A DNA stretch of 64,000 nucleotides, from NCBI GenBank assembly GCA_963818305.1, contig CAWFRQ010000003.1, positions 162,371 to 226,370 on the forward strand, in the 5' to 3' direction. Origin of the DNA: an uncultured Chloroflexia bacterium (lineage in GTDB: Bacteria > Chloroflexota > Anaerolineae > Anaerolineales > Anaerolineaceae). The position numbers and the translations under genes were made by a program. This document shows positions 11,020 through 21,259 of the stretch, in pieces. Below the pieces are notes generated by a model that saw only the letters and a program-made list of their open reading frames with translations, was not told where the DNA came from and made no database searches. How positions within the stretch are numbered: position 1 is the first letter of the stretch; each line of letters begins with the position of its first letter.

Positions 11020-11037
11020 ATTTTACCCGGAGGAAGT

Positions 11038-11433
11038 ATGTCTGTTCGTGGAATTAGAGGTGCAATCACAGTAGAGCAAGATCAGCCGGAGCTGATTCTG
11101 TCTGCCGTGACTGAGTTATTGACGGAAATCTGCAAAAAGAATCCGAGCCTGTTGCCGGTTGACATTGCCAGTGTGATCTTCACCAGTACATCTGATCTGG
11201 TATCCGTCTACCCGGCGGTGGCAGCCCGAGATTTGGGCTGGACCAAGGTGCCATTGATGTGCCTGCCAGAGCTGCCAGTGAACGGCTCTTTGCCTCGATG
11301 CATCCGGGTGTTGATTCACTGGAATACCAACCTAACCCAGAGCGAAATTAACCATTGTTATCTGCGGGATGCGGTCCGGCTTAGACCTGACCTGATGAAA
11401 GTAACAACCAACCGCTTGATTCTTACAGTTTGA
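11038..11433 (+). CDS. aroH: Chorismate mutase, AroH class
   Basis: MSVRGIRGAITVE...CIRVLIHW...LRPDL follows the monofunctional AroH-type (B. subtilis-like) chorismate mutase pattern. GGAGGA Shine-Dalgarno upstream. Confidence 0.9.
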   Translation: MSVRGIRGAITVEQDQPELILSAVTELLTEICKKNPSLLPVDIASVIFTSTSDLVSVYPAVAARDLGWTKVPLMCLPELPVNGSLPRCIRVLIHWNTNLTQSEINHCYLRDAVRLRPDLMKVTTNRLILTV

Positions 11434-11456
11434 AAATCTTACCAGGAGCGTGAATT

Positions 11457-12467
11457 ATGATGATCATTATGAACATGGAAGCCACCGATAGCCAGGTGAA
11501 AGCAGTGATGGCGCGGATAGAAGCCAACGGATTTAAAATTCACTACTCCAAAGGGGATGAACGGGTCGTGTTGGGTGTGTTAGGGAATAATCCGGGGCAG
11601 ATCAAAGAGCAACTGACTTACCTGCCAGGTATTGACCGGATATTGCCGATCTCGCGACCCTACAAGATAGCCTCGCGCGAACTAGTGAATGCGAATACGA
11701 TCTTCCCGCTGGATGGCATCGAGGTGGGTGGTGATGAAGTGATCATCATGGCCGGTCCGTGCGCAGTGGAAAACCGAACCCAGCTTTTAGAAACAGCTCA
11801 CGCTGTCAAAGAGGCTGGTGCGCAGGTATTACGCGGCGGAGCTTTCAAACCGCGTACATCCCCTTACGCTTTCCAGGGATTGGGTGAAGAGGGTTTAGAG
11901 ATTCTGGCTGAAGCACGTGAACAGACAGGCTTACCGATTGTGACCGAAGTGATGGCGCCCGAGATGGTTGATCTGGTTGCTCGCTATTCAGATGTTCTGC
12001 AGATCGGCGCACGTAATATGCAGAATTTTGCCCTGTTACATGCCGCAGGTGAGAGCCAGAAACCAGTGTTATTAAAGCGTGGTAATTCAGCAACGATCGA
12101 AGAACTGCTTATGGCAGCTGAATACATCTTATCGCACGGCAATAACCGCGTCATGCTTTGTGAGCGTGGAATCCGTACCTTCGAAACCAGCACCCGCAAT
12201 ACCACTGATATCAATGCCATTCCCGTGTTGAAATCACTCACCCACCTGCCTGTGATCCTGGATCCAAGCCACAGCACCGGAAATTGGGAATATGTAGCAC
12301 CTATCGCCCGGGCGGGGATCGCTGCCGGAGCGGATGGCTTGATTGTTGAAGTCCATACCCATCCCGAAGCAGCCATGTCAGATGGCGGGCAATCCCTCAA
12401 ACCCGAGCGATTTGCACAATTGGTCAGACAGGTACGTGAGATTGCCCGCGCTGTCGACCGTAGCTAA
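11457..12467 (+). CDS. aroF: 3-deoxy-7-phosphoheptulonate (DAHP) synthase, type I-beta, with N-terminal ferredoxin-like regulatory domain
   Basis: The N-terminal ~70 aa ([35 protein letters not shown]) resemble the Thermotoga-type regulatory domain. The catalytic core has [33 protein letters not shown] and DPSH. Confidence 0.9.
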   Translation: MMIIMNMEATDSQVKAVMARIEANGFKIHYSKGDERVVLGVLGNNPGQIKEQLTYLPGIDRILPISRPYKIASRELVNANTIFPLDGIEVGGDEVIIMAGPCAVENRTQLLETAHAVKEAGAQVLRGGAFKPRTSPYAFQGLGEEGLEILAEAREQTGLPIVTEVMAPEMVDLVARYSDVLQIGARNMQNFALLHAAGESQKPVLLKRGNSATIEELLMAAEYILSHGNNRVMLCERGIRTFETSTRNTTDINAIPVLKSLTHLPVILDPSHSTGNWEYVAPIARAGIAAGADGLIVEVHTHPEAAMSDGGQSLKPERFAQLVRQVREIARAVDRS

Positions 12468-12490
12468 GGATTTCCAGGAGGAGAGCATTG

Positions 12491-13379
12491 ATGGTTCAGA
12501 ATGAGATGCCAGCGATAAGAGAGAATACATACCTGATTTCTGATCAGGTGGTAGCCATCTTGGGAATGGGGCTGATGGGCAGCTCGTTGGCGTTGGCAAT
12601 GAAAGGTCACTGTAAAAAGGTGATTGGAATTGATCCTGATCCGATGGTGGTTGAATATGTTTTGCAGCATGAAATGGTCTCGGAAGCATGGTCTGAACCA
12701 GCCGGGAAAATCAATGATGCGAGGTCTGGTTATCCTTGCTGCACCGGTTGGGAAGATCTTGGATTTGGTGAAACGTTTACCGGTACTTCATACCGGTCAG
12801 CCGGTTGTATTGGATCTGGGGTCCAGTAAGCACGAAATTTTGAAGGCGTTTGCGCAACTTCCCTCCCGCTTTGATTCAATAGGCGGACATCCGATGTGCG
12901 GAAAAGAACTGCTCGGACCCAGTCAGGCAGATGCAGCCATGTTCCAGGGAGCACCTTTCGTCCTGTGCCCATTAGATTCGACCAGCGAAACGGCTCGTCA
13001 ATTAGTGCTTGATCTCATCGCGTTGATCGGAGCGCGACCGGTGATCCTCGACCCGGAAACGCATGACCGTTGGGTTGCCGGTACCAGCCATGTGCCATTC
13101 CTGCTGGCGAATGCCCTGGCGACGGTTACTCCGATGGAATCTAGTCCGCTGGCAAGAACCGGCTGGCAAAGCACCACCCGGCTGGCGCACACTCCTACCA
13201 GCATGATGATGGATGTGTTACGCACCAACCGGGCAAACATCCTTGTTTCACTCCACGCAGTTCAAGTTCAACTGAAACAGATAGAGGATTTGCTGAGCAC
13301 GGAAGAATACCAATCCCTCGAAGAAACATTGAATCAGGGAACAAAGCAGTACATTGAAATTTTATCCCGAGGCAAATAG
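12491..13379 (+). CDS. tyrA: Prephenate dehydrogenase; one frameshift near ~12700
   Basis: Rossmann VAILGMGLMGSSLALAMKG (ORF 12488..12829), then LVILAAPV...GGHPMCGKE...GTSHVPF (ORF 12624..13379). Confidence 0.85.
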
Positions 13380-13380
13380 C

Positions 13381-14733
13381 ATGAATCTGAAAATCTCCCC
13401 CACCACGAAGTTGTCTGGCAGCGTCCAATTACCGGGCGACAAATCCATCTCTCACCGTTCGGCGATTTTTGCAGCTTTAGCTGAAGGTGACAGCCGGATT
13501 GAGAACTTTTTGGTGGGTGGGGTAACCCAGGTAATGTTGGATGCTCTGGAACAGCTTGGAGTATCCTGGGAGCTGCAGGGAACCATGTTGAGCGTACATA
13601 GCCGCGGGATGTACGGGTTCAAAAGTCCCGAAAAACCGATCTATTGCGGTAATTCTGCCACTACCATGCGACTACTGGCTGGTTTGCTGGCTGCTGTTGG
13701 CGTGGATGCCACCCTGGATGGATCGGAGGGTTTGCGCCGACGCCCTATGGGCAGAATCATGGATCCGTTGTTGGAGATGGGAGTACCGGTAGAGGGACAG
13801 AATGGTTGCGCGCCCATTACGATCCACCGGCCGCATTATCCTCTCAAAGCGATTCATACCCAATTGCCAGTCGCCAGCGCACAGGTGAAAAGTTGCCTTT
13901 TGTTGTCAGCCCTCGCAGCCAATGGACCAACTTCCATTGTAGAACCTGGTTTATCCCGGGATCATACCGAACGGATGCTGCGTGGACATGGGATTGAAGT
14001 TCGCAGCGAAAAGATGGGCAGTAATGGGGATACATGTTATTCCACTACCCTCGTTCCGCCACGGAACATCAGCTTCAAACCTCTACAATTATGTCTCCCC
14101 GGCGATTTTTCATCTGCAGCATTCTTGATCGTGGCGACACTCATCACCCCCAACAGTCTGATTTGTATTCACGATGTGGGATTGAATCCAACCCGTACCG
14201 GTTTGCTGGATGCACTTTTAGAGATGGGGGCAGATATTCACATCCAGAACCAGCGCAACTCGTATGGCGAGCCGATCGGCGACCTGTGCGTAAAGTCGAG
14301 TGAGCTGCATGGATGTACGATACACGGCGAGCAAGTGGTACGAATGATCGATGAGTTCCCCATTTTCAGCGTGGCAGCTGCATACGCAAAAGGTACTACC
14401 CTGGTTAAAGATGCAGCAGAATTGAGATTGAAAGAATCTGACCGGATCGCATCCATCTGTAACGAACTAACCAAGTTGGGGGTGGGAATTGTTGAAACGA
14501 CAGACGGATATTGCATTCACGGTGGTACCGGTCTGGTTGGTACAGAGGTCGATTCGCATGGAGATCACAGGCTGGCGATGTCACTTGCGGTAGCTGGGCT
14601 GGGTGCTCAATCTCCGCTGGTTGTGAAAAATGCAGAGATGATTGATGAGTCATACCCGCAATTTATCTCAACGCTCGCCAGGCTGGGGGCAGAGTATGCA
14701 TTTGAGCAAAAGGAAGAACGACTAACTGTTTAA
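13381..14733 (+). CDS. aroA: 3-phosphoshikimate 1-carboxyvinyltransferase (EPSP synthase)
   Basis: LPGDKSISHR, GNSATTMRLL, RRRPMGR, LKESDR and DHRLAMS motifs. ATG at 13381, immediately after the tyrA stop. Confidence 0.95.
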   Translation: MNLKISPTTKLSGSVQLPGDKSISHRSAIFAALAEGDSRIENFLVGGVTQVMLDALEQLGVSWELQGTMLSVHSRGMYGFKSPEKPIYCGNSATTMRLLAGLLAAVGVDATLDGSEGLRRRPMGRIMDPLLEMGVPVEGQNGCAPITIHRPHYPLKAIHTQLPVASAQVKSCLLLSALAANGPTSIVEPGLSRDHTERMLRGHGIEVRSEKMGSNGDTCYSTTLVPPRNISFKPLQLCLPGDFSSAAFLIVATLITPNSLICIHDVGLNPTRTGLLDALLEMGADIHIQNQRNSYGEPIGDLCVKSSELHGCTIHGEQVVRMIDEFPIFSVAAAYAKGTTLVKDAAELRLKESDRIASICNELTKLGVGIVETTDGYCIHGGTGLVGTEVDSHGDHRLAMSLAVAGLGAQSPLVVKNAEMIDESYPQFISTLARLGAEYAFEQKEERLTV

Positions 14734-14750
14734 GTGGGCGGAGCTACGGG

Positions 14751-15611
14751 ATGCATCAACTTTCAAATCCAACTTATTACTACCATTTAGGGTTGCTCGG
14801 TTGGCCGGTGGAACATAGTCTCTCTCCCCGACTTCACCGGGCTGCATTGACTGCTGCTCATCTAGCGGGTGAGTATTGTCTGATCCCGGTTGAAAACAAT
14901 GACCGTAGGGATCAACAACTATCCGGTTGGATCGAAGAACTTAAGCAAGGCGAACTCGACGGTTTGAATGTCACCATCCCACATAAACAACACATCTTGC
15001 CATTCGTAGATGATTTGACCGGCTCGGCAAAGAAGATTGGGGCGGTCAACACCCTCTACTATAAAGATGGACGGGTTGTGGGTGAAAACACCGATGCGCG
15101 TGGATTTATAAGCGATCTAACCCTCCAGTTTTCCCACCTGCAGAAATCTGCGAAGAAGGCTTTTATTTTCGGTGCGGGTGGGTCCGCACGGGCAGTGGTC
15201 TATGCATTATCGAATGATAATTGGCAAGTGACAATATCCTCAAGGCGGGTCGAGCAAGCCAATGAGCTATCCGCCAGTTTTGATGGAAATTGCAGGGTGG
15301 TACGAGCGGATAAATCTCACGAGGAACTGGAACGAGGCGGATATGACCTGGTCGTGAACTGTACTCCCATTGGGATGAATCCTTACCCGGAACAGAGCCC
15401 ATGGCCGGAAGATCTGGATTTTCCCAAGGGAATCTGCATCTATGATCTGGTGTATGCCCCAAGGGAAACCCGGCTGATCTGGCAGGCAAAGGCATCGAAT
15501 ATCCGCGCCTGTAACGGCCTGGGGATGCTGGTCGAGCAAGCTGCGCTGGCGTTTGAAATCTGGACAGGGATGAAAGCAGATCGGGCTGCGATGAAAGCTG
15601 CTGTAGAATGA
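14751..15611 (+). CDS. aroE: Shikimate dehydrogenase
   Basis: GWPVEHSLSP, NVTIPHK, GAVNT, NTD and GAGGSARAV motifs in the AroE order. Confidence 0.9.
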   Translation: MHQLSNPTYYYHLGLLGWPVEHSLSPRLHRAALTAAHLAGEYCLIPVENNDRRDQQLSGWIEELKQGELDGLNVTIPHKQHILPFVDDLTGSAKKIGAVNTLYYKDGRVVGENTDARGFISDLTLQFSHLQKSAKKAFIFGAGGSARAVVYALSNDNWQVTISSRRVEQANELSASFDGNCRVVRADKSHEELERGGYDLVVNCTPIGMNPYPEQSPWPEDLDFPKGICIYDLVYAPRETRLIWQAKASNIRACNGLGMLVEQAALAFEIWTGMKADRAAMKAAVE

Positions 15612-15669
15612 AACAAGGACTTACAAAAACTCTGATAGATCAAGGTTTACGCAATGAAGAGGTGGTAAA

Positions 15670-16842
15670 GTGACGCTTCGATTTCTAACTGCGGGAGAAT
15701 CGCATGGCCCGGTTCTGACAGTAATCTTGGATGGGATTCCGGCTGGTCTTAAATTAACGTCCGCTGATTTTGCGGACGATATGCAGCGCCGCCAAACCGG
15801 TTATGGCGCAGGTCCGCGTATGAAAATGGAACAAGACCTGGTCGAAATCACAGCCGGTGTCATGGCGGGCCAGACCACCGGAGCGCCGATCGCATTAACC
15901 ATCCAAAACCAGGATCATAAAAAATGGAAAGGGACAACCATCGAGGCGATGACCGCTCCCAGACCAGGGCACGCGGATTTAGGCGGGGTGGTCAAATATG
16001 GGTATAACGACCTACGCCCAGCTCTTGAGCGTGCTTCTGCCCGTGAGACCGCCGCCCGGGTGGCGATGGGAAGTGTTTGTAGAAAATTATTGCTTGAGTT
16101 TGGAATTCGAGTGGGAGGATACGTAATTTCAATCGGAGAGATACCTTCCGATTTAAGCGCACTACCGGTGGAAGAACGTATTGAAAAGGCACGCATTTCA
16201 AAGGTGAATTGCCCTGATCCGGCAGCATCCGCCAGGATGGTCGAGCGAATCCGTAAAGTGATGGACGAAAAAGATACCCTGGGGGGAGTCATTGAAGTAG
16301 CTGGGTTGGGTGTTCCGCCCGGGTTGGGGTCTTTTACCCAGTGGGATAGCCGTTTGGAAAGTAGATTGGGTGCAGCCATCCTGAGTGTTCAGGCGGTCAA
16401 AGGAGTGGAGATCGGTCCTGCTTTTGAGAATACTTTGTCCCCCGGAACGCAGGTGCACGACCCAATATTATTGGAAGGGGCGGAGTTAGTACGTTCCAGC
16501 AACCGGGCTGGAGGAATAGAGGGGGGGATCTCTACCGGTGAGCTGATCCTGATTCGAGCAGCCATGAAACCGATCGCATCCACCCTCACGCCACAGACCA
16601 CGGTGGATCTCAAAACCGGTCAACCAGCTGTTACCCGCTATGAGCGTTCTGATTTTTGCCCGGTTCCACGGGCAGTTGTCGTGCTGGAAGCTATGACAGC
16701 ATTCGTCCTGGCAGATGCACTCCTCGCCAAGCTAGGCGGTGATTCGCTGGCTGAAATGAGAGCCCGATATGAATCACTATCCAGAAATCGGTTGTCTGAT
16801 ATTCATTTGAATGGGCAAGCACAGACCTGGTGGCCGGCATGA
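15670..16842 (+). CDS. aroC: Chorismate synthase
   Basis: LRFLTAGESHGP, RPGHADL, SARETAARVA and GGISTGE. GTG start. Confidence 0.95.
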   Translation: MTLRFLTAGESHGPVLTVILDGIPAGLKLTSADFADDMQRRQTGYGAGPRMKMEQDLVEITAGVMAGQTTGAPIALTIQNQDHKKWKGTTIEAMTAPRPGHADLGGVVKYGYNDLRPALERASARETAARVAMGSVCRKLLLEFGIRVGGYVISIGEIPSDLSALPVEERIEKARISKVNCPDPAASARMVERIRKVMDEKDTLGGVIEVAGLGVPPGLGSFTQWDSRLESRLGAAILSVQAVKGVEIGPAFENTLSPGTQVHDPILLEGAELVRSSNRAGGIEGGISTGELILIRAAMKPIASTLTPQTTVDLKTGQPAVTRYERSDFCPVPRAVVVLEAMTAFVLADALLAKLGGDSLAEMRARYESLSRNRLSDIHLNGQAQTWWPA

Positions 16843-18431
16843 AATCCAATTCAATTTTTTTGTACGGTCCATCCGGCGCGGGAAAAACTACTATCGGTAG
16901 AATTCTATCAGATCAGTTAGGGCTGCCGTTTCATGACCTGGATCAGGAGATCGAAGTTCGTCTGAACCGTACCATCCCTGAGATTTTCCGTGACATGGGT
17001 GAAGACGGATTCCGAATACATGAACAACTCCAATTACAGTTGTTATTGCAATCAAAGGTAAAAAGTATCGTCTCTTTGGGGGGCGGTACCTTGTTGGATC
17101 CGGAAAATCGTCACATGGTTGAAGAACAAGGAAGCGTGATCGTTCTGCATTCCTCAATTGAGCACCTCTCACGCCGTTTGCGGAACGATCCTCATGCCAG
17201 ACCGTTATTGGCTGAAAACCTGGAAGAGAAACTATCCCAATTGCTACAGAGCAGAGAAGGCCATTACACCTCATTTGCATCGCAGTTGAATACCAGCGAC
17301 CTGTCTCCAGAGCAGGCAGTCCGATGGATCCAAACGCGGATCGGACATTATCACCTCAAGAGTATGGGTGAGTATGATGTACTCGTCACTTCTGACAGTC
17401 TAGATCTGATTGGCGAGGAATTAAAAGCACGCAAATTAGCAGGACCTATTGCTCTGGTCTGCGATGAAAACATAGCCGGTTTGTACGCTGGGCGGGTTCG
17501 CGATTCGCTAGTTCAACAAGATCTCGAAGTTGCGAGTATCGTTCTCCCAGCCGGTGAGCAGCATAAGAACATTCAGACCATCTCTCGCCTGTGGTCTGAT
17601 TTCCTTGGCGCAGGTTTGGAACGAACCAGCACGGTGGTTGCGTTAGGCGGTGGAGTGATCTCTGATATGGCGGGATTTGCCGCGTCCACTTATCTACGGG
17701 GAATCCGCTGGGTAGCGGTGCCAACCACGCTACTTGCGATGGCGGATGCCAGTATGGGCGGGAAGACAGGGATTGACCTGCCCGAGGGGAAAAATTTAGC
17801 TGGTTCTTTCCATCCACCTAGCCTGGTGTTGCAAGATCCAGAAGTGCTTCGCACTCTGTCGATCGAGGAACTTCGGAGCGGTTTGGGAGAGGTGATGAAG
17901 CATGGGATCATCTCTGATCCCCCATTATGGGAGACTTGTATCAGGCTGGGTGATCCTGCCGGATGGGGAGAACAATGGAATGAAATTGGCAATGTGGTCC
18001 GGCGCGCGGTCGCAGTTAAAGTGGATGTGATTGAATCAGACCCGTATGAAAAAGGTAGGCGGGCAGTATTGAATTATGGGCATACCGTTGGTCATGCAAT
18101 TGAAGTGTTATCTAATTTCAGTATTCGGCATGGTGATTGTGTGGCCACTGGAATGGTGGTGGAAGCCCAAATGAGTGAACTTTTAGGTCTGGCGCAGTCT
18201 GGTTTGACCGAAGAGATCGTAGGTGGACTGCAAAGAGTGGGTTTGCCCACGGCAGTACCAGGCTCGCAGTCTGTCCAGAAGATCATGCGAGTGATGCAGT
18301 ATGACAAAAAGAAATCAGGCGGCAAGGTCAAATTCGCTTTGCCGGTTCAACCGGGAGAAGTCAGAGAAGGGATGGAAGTGGATGACCGAACAATCGAAAC
18401 AGCGATCTTATCTCATCTTGCACGGGCCTAA
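16839..18431 (+). CDS. aroKB: Bifunctional shikimate kinase / 3-dehydroquinate synthase (AroK-AroB fusion)
   Basis: N-terminal P-loop kinase ([19 protein letters not shown]), followed from ~aa 175 by DHQ synthase motifs ([43 protein letters not shown]). The ATG overlaps the aroC stop (ATGA). Confidence 0.9.
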   Translation: MKSNSIFLYGPSGAGKTTIGRILSDQLGLPFHDLDQEIEVRLNRTIPEIFRDMGEDGFRIHEQLQLQLLLQSKVKSIVSLGGGTLLDPENRHMVEEQGSVIVLHSSIEHLSRRLRNDPHARPLLAENLEEKLSQLLQSREGHYTSFASQLNTSDLSPEQAVRWIQTRIGHYHLKSMGEYDVLVTSDSLDLIGEELKARKLAGPIALVCDENIAGLYAGRVRDSLVQQDLEVASIVLPAGEQHKNIQTISRLWSDFLGAGLERTSTVVALGGGVISDMAGFAASTYLRGIRWVAVPTTLLAMADASMGGKTGIDLPEGKNLAGSFHPPSLVLQDPEVLRTLSIEELRSGLGEVMKHGIISDPPLWETCIRLGDPAGWGEQWNEIGNVVRRAVAVKVDVIESDPYEKGRRAVLNYGHTVGHAIEVLSNFSIRHGDCVATGMVVEAQMSELLGLAQSGLTEEIVGGLQRVGLPTAVPGSQSVQKIMRVMQYDKKKSGGKVKFALPVQPGEVREGMEVDDRTIETAILSHLARA

Positions 18432-18849
18432 TTTAAATTTGCTTGGCACGCGCGAGCCTGGGGTTTATGGAAGCGCGACTTTGGAGCAGATCAATGCCGG
18501 TCTGGAGCATGTCGTAATGCAGATGGGGGTGGACCTGAAGTTCCGTCAATCGAATATCGAAGGAGAGCTGGTGGATGCGATTCAAGATGCACGCCAGTGG
18601 GCAGATGGGATTGTTTTGAACGCAGGTGGCTACACCCACACCTCGGTCGCTATTCGAGATGCAATTGCAGCAATCGGAATCCCAGTGGTGGAAGTGCATC
18701 TATCGAATGTATTTGCGCGCGAAGAGTTCAGGCATATCTCGTTGATTGCGCCGGTTTGCGCCGGCTCGATCAGCGGCTTTGGTGCATTTTCGTATGAATT
18801 GGGATTGCTGGCTATTGATCACATGGTATCGAAAAAGCAAAGAATGTAG
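18382..18849 (+). CDS. aroQ: Type II 3-dehydroquinate dehydratase
   Basis: [34 protein letters not shown] and VEVHLSNV. The only plausible start (ATG 18382) overlaps the aroKB 3' end by 50 nt in another frame. Confidence 0.9.
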   Translation: MTEQSKQRSYLILHGPNLNLLGTREPGVYGSATLEQINAGLEHVVMQMGVDLKFRQSNIEGELVDAIQDARQWADGIVLNAGGYTHTSVAIRDAIAAIGIPVVEVHLSNVFAREEFRHISLIAPVCAGSISGFGAFSYELGLLAIDHMVSKKQRM

Positions 18850-18881
18850 GTTGCGGTTTGCCCCAACAATTGTGATGATTA

Positions 18882-19018
18882 TTCATCCTGAGGAGCAGGC
18901 GACGAAGGATCTCTGACAGAGTAGATAGTGGTACTTCATCGTAGGTAAAGATTATGGTAGAGATCCTTCGGCCTATCCCCTCATGGGGACTTTCGGCCTC
19001 AGGATGAAAACTACTCTT
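18882..19018. repeat. Palindromic intergenic repeat element, copy A (~137 nt)
   Basis: TTCATCCTGAGG...CGAAGGATCTCT [44-nt core] AGAGATCCTTCG...CCTCAGGATGAA. The arms are inverted repeats. It lies between the convergent aroQ and lysK genes. It belongs to the same family as 42501-42627 and the half copy at 38577-38621. Confidence 0.75.
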
Positions 19019-19021
19019 AAA

Positions 19022-20062
19022 TTAAACTATCAACTTCTTCAGCGCCAGGGTGAGCACCATTACCGCCTTTTCGTACTCTTCCAGTGACAGACACTCCCCC
19101 GGAGTGTGATCGAGGGAAGAATCGCCGGGGCCGTATACAAGGGCCGGGCAAGACCAGACCGGGGATACGATATTCAAATCGGCTGTACCGGTTTTATATA
19201 CAAAACTGGGCGAACCACCCGTTTCACGGATGGCAGCTAGCATGGCCCTAACTAGGGCCGTGTTCTTTTCACAGCTCCAGGCATCTACCGGGTAACCAAG
19301 CGGAATAATATCTGCGTCCTTCACAGTCGATCTGACCATTTCGCACCAACCATCTGGAGGTACATCCAGTGGCAGACGGGCGCCAATGTTCATACTGGCT
19401 GTCTGCGCATCAGATGTGGTTTCGGAGTGCATCTCAGAGAGCGTCACCAGGATCTGGTCGAACAGGCGGGATTTTCCGCTATTGAATTGATCCGCTGTTG
19501 ATTTGATCTTCAGCCAATCTTCCACCAGTAATTCACTGCTGGTTTTTGCCCCACTGGCAGAATGAAATTGACTTTGACTGTGGGTCATTTTCAGCCAGGC
19601 AGAACCCTTATACCCCAGCGCAATCCGATCCCAGCGGTTGGGTTCGCCTACCACCAGAAATTGTGGCTGGTACTGGTCGAGGATGAAGCGGGCACCGACT
19701 GAGTCTCGTTCTTCTTCTACCGCCCCAATCACCACCACCTGCCAGCCGGGAATTGTGCCCAGATTGGCAACAGCGTCCACGAAACAGGCTAATGGACCTT
19801 TGGCGTCCACGCTGCCGCGCCCGTGCAGGATGTTGCCTTCTACGCGTACCGGAATCTCACCCGGGACGGTATCAATATGCCCAAGCAGAACGATCTGCCG
19901 CGGGCCTTCACCCCAGATCCCTATCGCATTCCCGACCGGGTCGACAAATGAATGCGAGGCGCCTAATTTAGTCATACGGGCGCTCAGCCAGGCAGAAGCA
20001 AAAACCTCTTCTCCGGAGGGGCTATACAGTTTAACTAAATCGATCAAGGTTGTGAAATCCAC
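19022..20062 (-). CDS. lysK: [LysW]-lysine/ornithine hydrolase (M20 peptidase, ArgE/LysK family)
   Basis: LLGHIDTVPG and HGRGSVDAKGP are M20 metal-site motifs. It is the last gene of the lysW operon. Confidence 0.8.
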   Translation of the reverse strand: MDFTTLIDLVKLYSPSGEEVFASAWLSARMTKLGASHSFVDPVGNAIGIWGEGPRQIVLLGHIDTVPGEIPVRVEGNILHGRGSVDAKGPLACFVDAVANLGTIPGWQVVVIGAVEEERDSVGARFILDQYQPQFLVVGEPNRWDRIALGYKGSAWLKMTHSQSQFHSASGAKTSSELLVEDWLKIKSTADQFNSGKSRLFDQILVTLSEMHSETTSDAQTASMNIGARLPLDVPPDGWCEMVRSTVKDADIIPLGYPVDAWSCEKNTALVRAMLAAIRETGGSPSFVYKTGTADLNIVSPVWSCPALVYGPGDSSLDHTPGECLSLEEYEKAVMVLTLALKKLIV

Positions 20063-20065
20063 AGA

Positions 20066-21259
20066 TTACCGTTCCAATTCGGAAGGATGGAGCGCCAATA
20101 CTTCTTCGATGGCAGCTACTACCTGGTCGATCTGCTGGGTAGAGATCACCAGTGGTGGCAAGAGCCGTATGACCGTTAGGCCGGCGTTGAGTGCGAGTAT
20201 CTTTCGATCTTGCAAGGCACGGATGTATGGCATGGCTTTGGTTTTTAGTTCGATCCCGACCATCAATCCTAATCCGCGTACTTCGCGGATCTGGCTGGAC
20301 TGGATCTTTCGCAATTGATCCATCAAGTATTGCCCTTTGACGGCAGCCTGATCAGATAGTTGTTCGTTCTCGATCGCATTGATAGCAGCCAGCCCAGCAG
20401 CACAGGCTAACGGATTTCCACCGAAGGTAGATCCATGCAACCCTGGCTGCAGATTATGAACGCTTCGACCAATCAACACCGCGCCCATAGGCAGACCACC
20501 CGCCAGCGATTTCGCGCAGCACAGTATATCGGGGGTGACATTGGTGTGTTGGATGGCGAACATCTTTACCAGTCCGGCCGAAATCCGGTTTGCACTTCAT
20601 CAATAATGAATAGTGCCCCAGTCTGGTCGCAAATATTCCGAACATCCGCAAGATAAGAAAAATCAGCAGGGTACACCCCGCCTTCACCCTGTACCACTTC
20701 CAGTATGACCGCGGCAGTTTTCTCATTGACCGCGTTGCGCATCGCTTCAGCATTGTTGAAGGGCACATGGCTGAAGCCGGGAACGAGCGGTTCAAACCCC
20801 TCTCGATATTTTTTGTTATAGGTGGCAGAAAGCGCTCCAAAGGTGCGACCGTGGAAGCAGCGCATGGCCGCAATAATTTCGGAGCGTCCGGTAGATAAAC
20901 GGGCGAATTTGATGGCTGCTTCGACCGTTTCAGTGCCCGAATTACAGAAAAATACGCGGTCCAAGCCGGGCACCAGGCTGGTGATCTTCTCCATCAGCGC
21001 GGCACGCTGATCGTTGTAAAAAGTCTCGAATAGACGTAATTAGCCGGGTAGATTGCTCGGCTATGGCAGCCGCAACCGCCGGGTGACCATGCCCCAGGTT
21101 GGCGACCCCGTGCCCGGAAGAACAATCCAGGTACTCTTGCCCGTCAATATCAAACAGGCTGGCGCCTTTTCCGCTCACAAAGATGATCGGCTGCTTGCCG
21201 TACAATCCGCTGGTATGGGCATCTTCGGACGCCATGATTTCGGAAGGGGTAAGTCTCAT
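20066..21259 (-). CDS. lysJ: [LysW]-aminoadipate semialdehyde / acetylornithine-type class III aminotransferase; two frameshifts as assembled
   Basis: GHGVANLGHGHP (ORF 20942..21259), FFCNSGTETVEAAIK...IIDEVQTGF (ORF 20566..20994) and CCAKSLAGGLP...GSTFGGNPLA (ORF 20066..20563). Confidence 0.85.
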
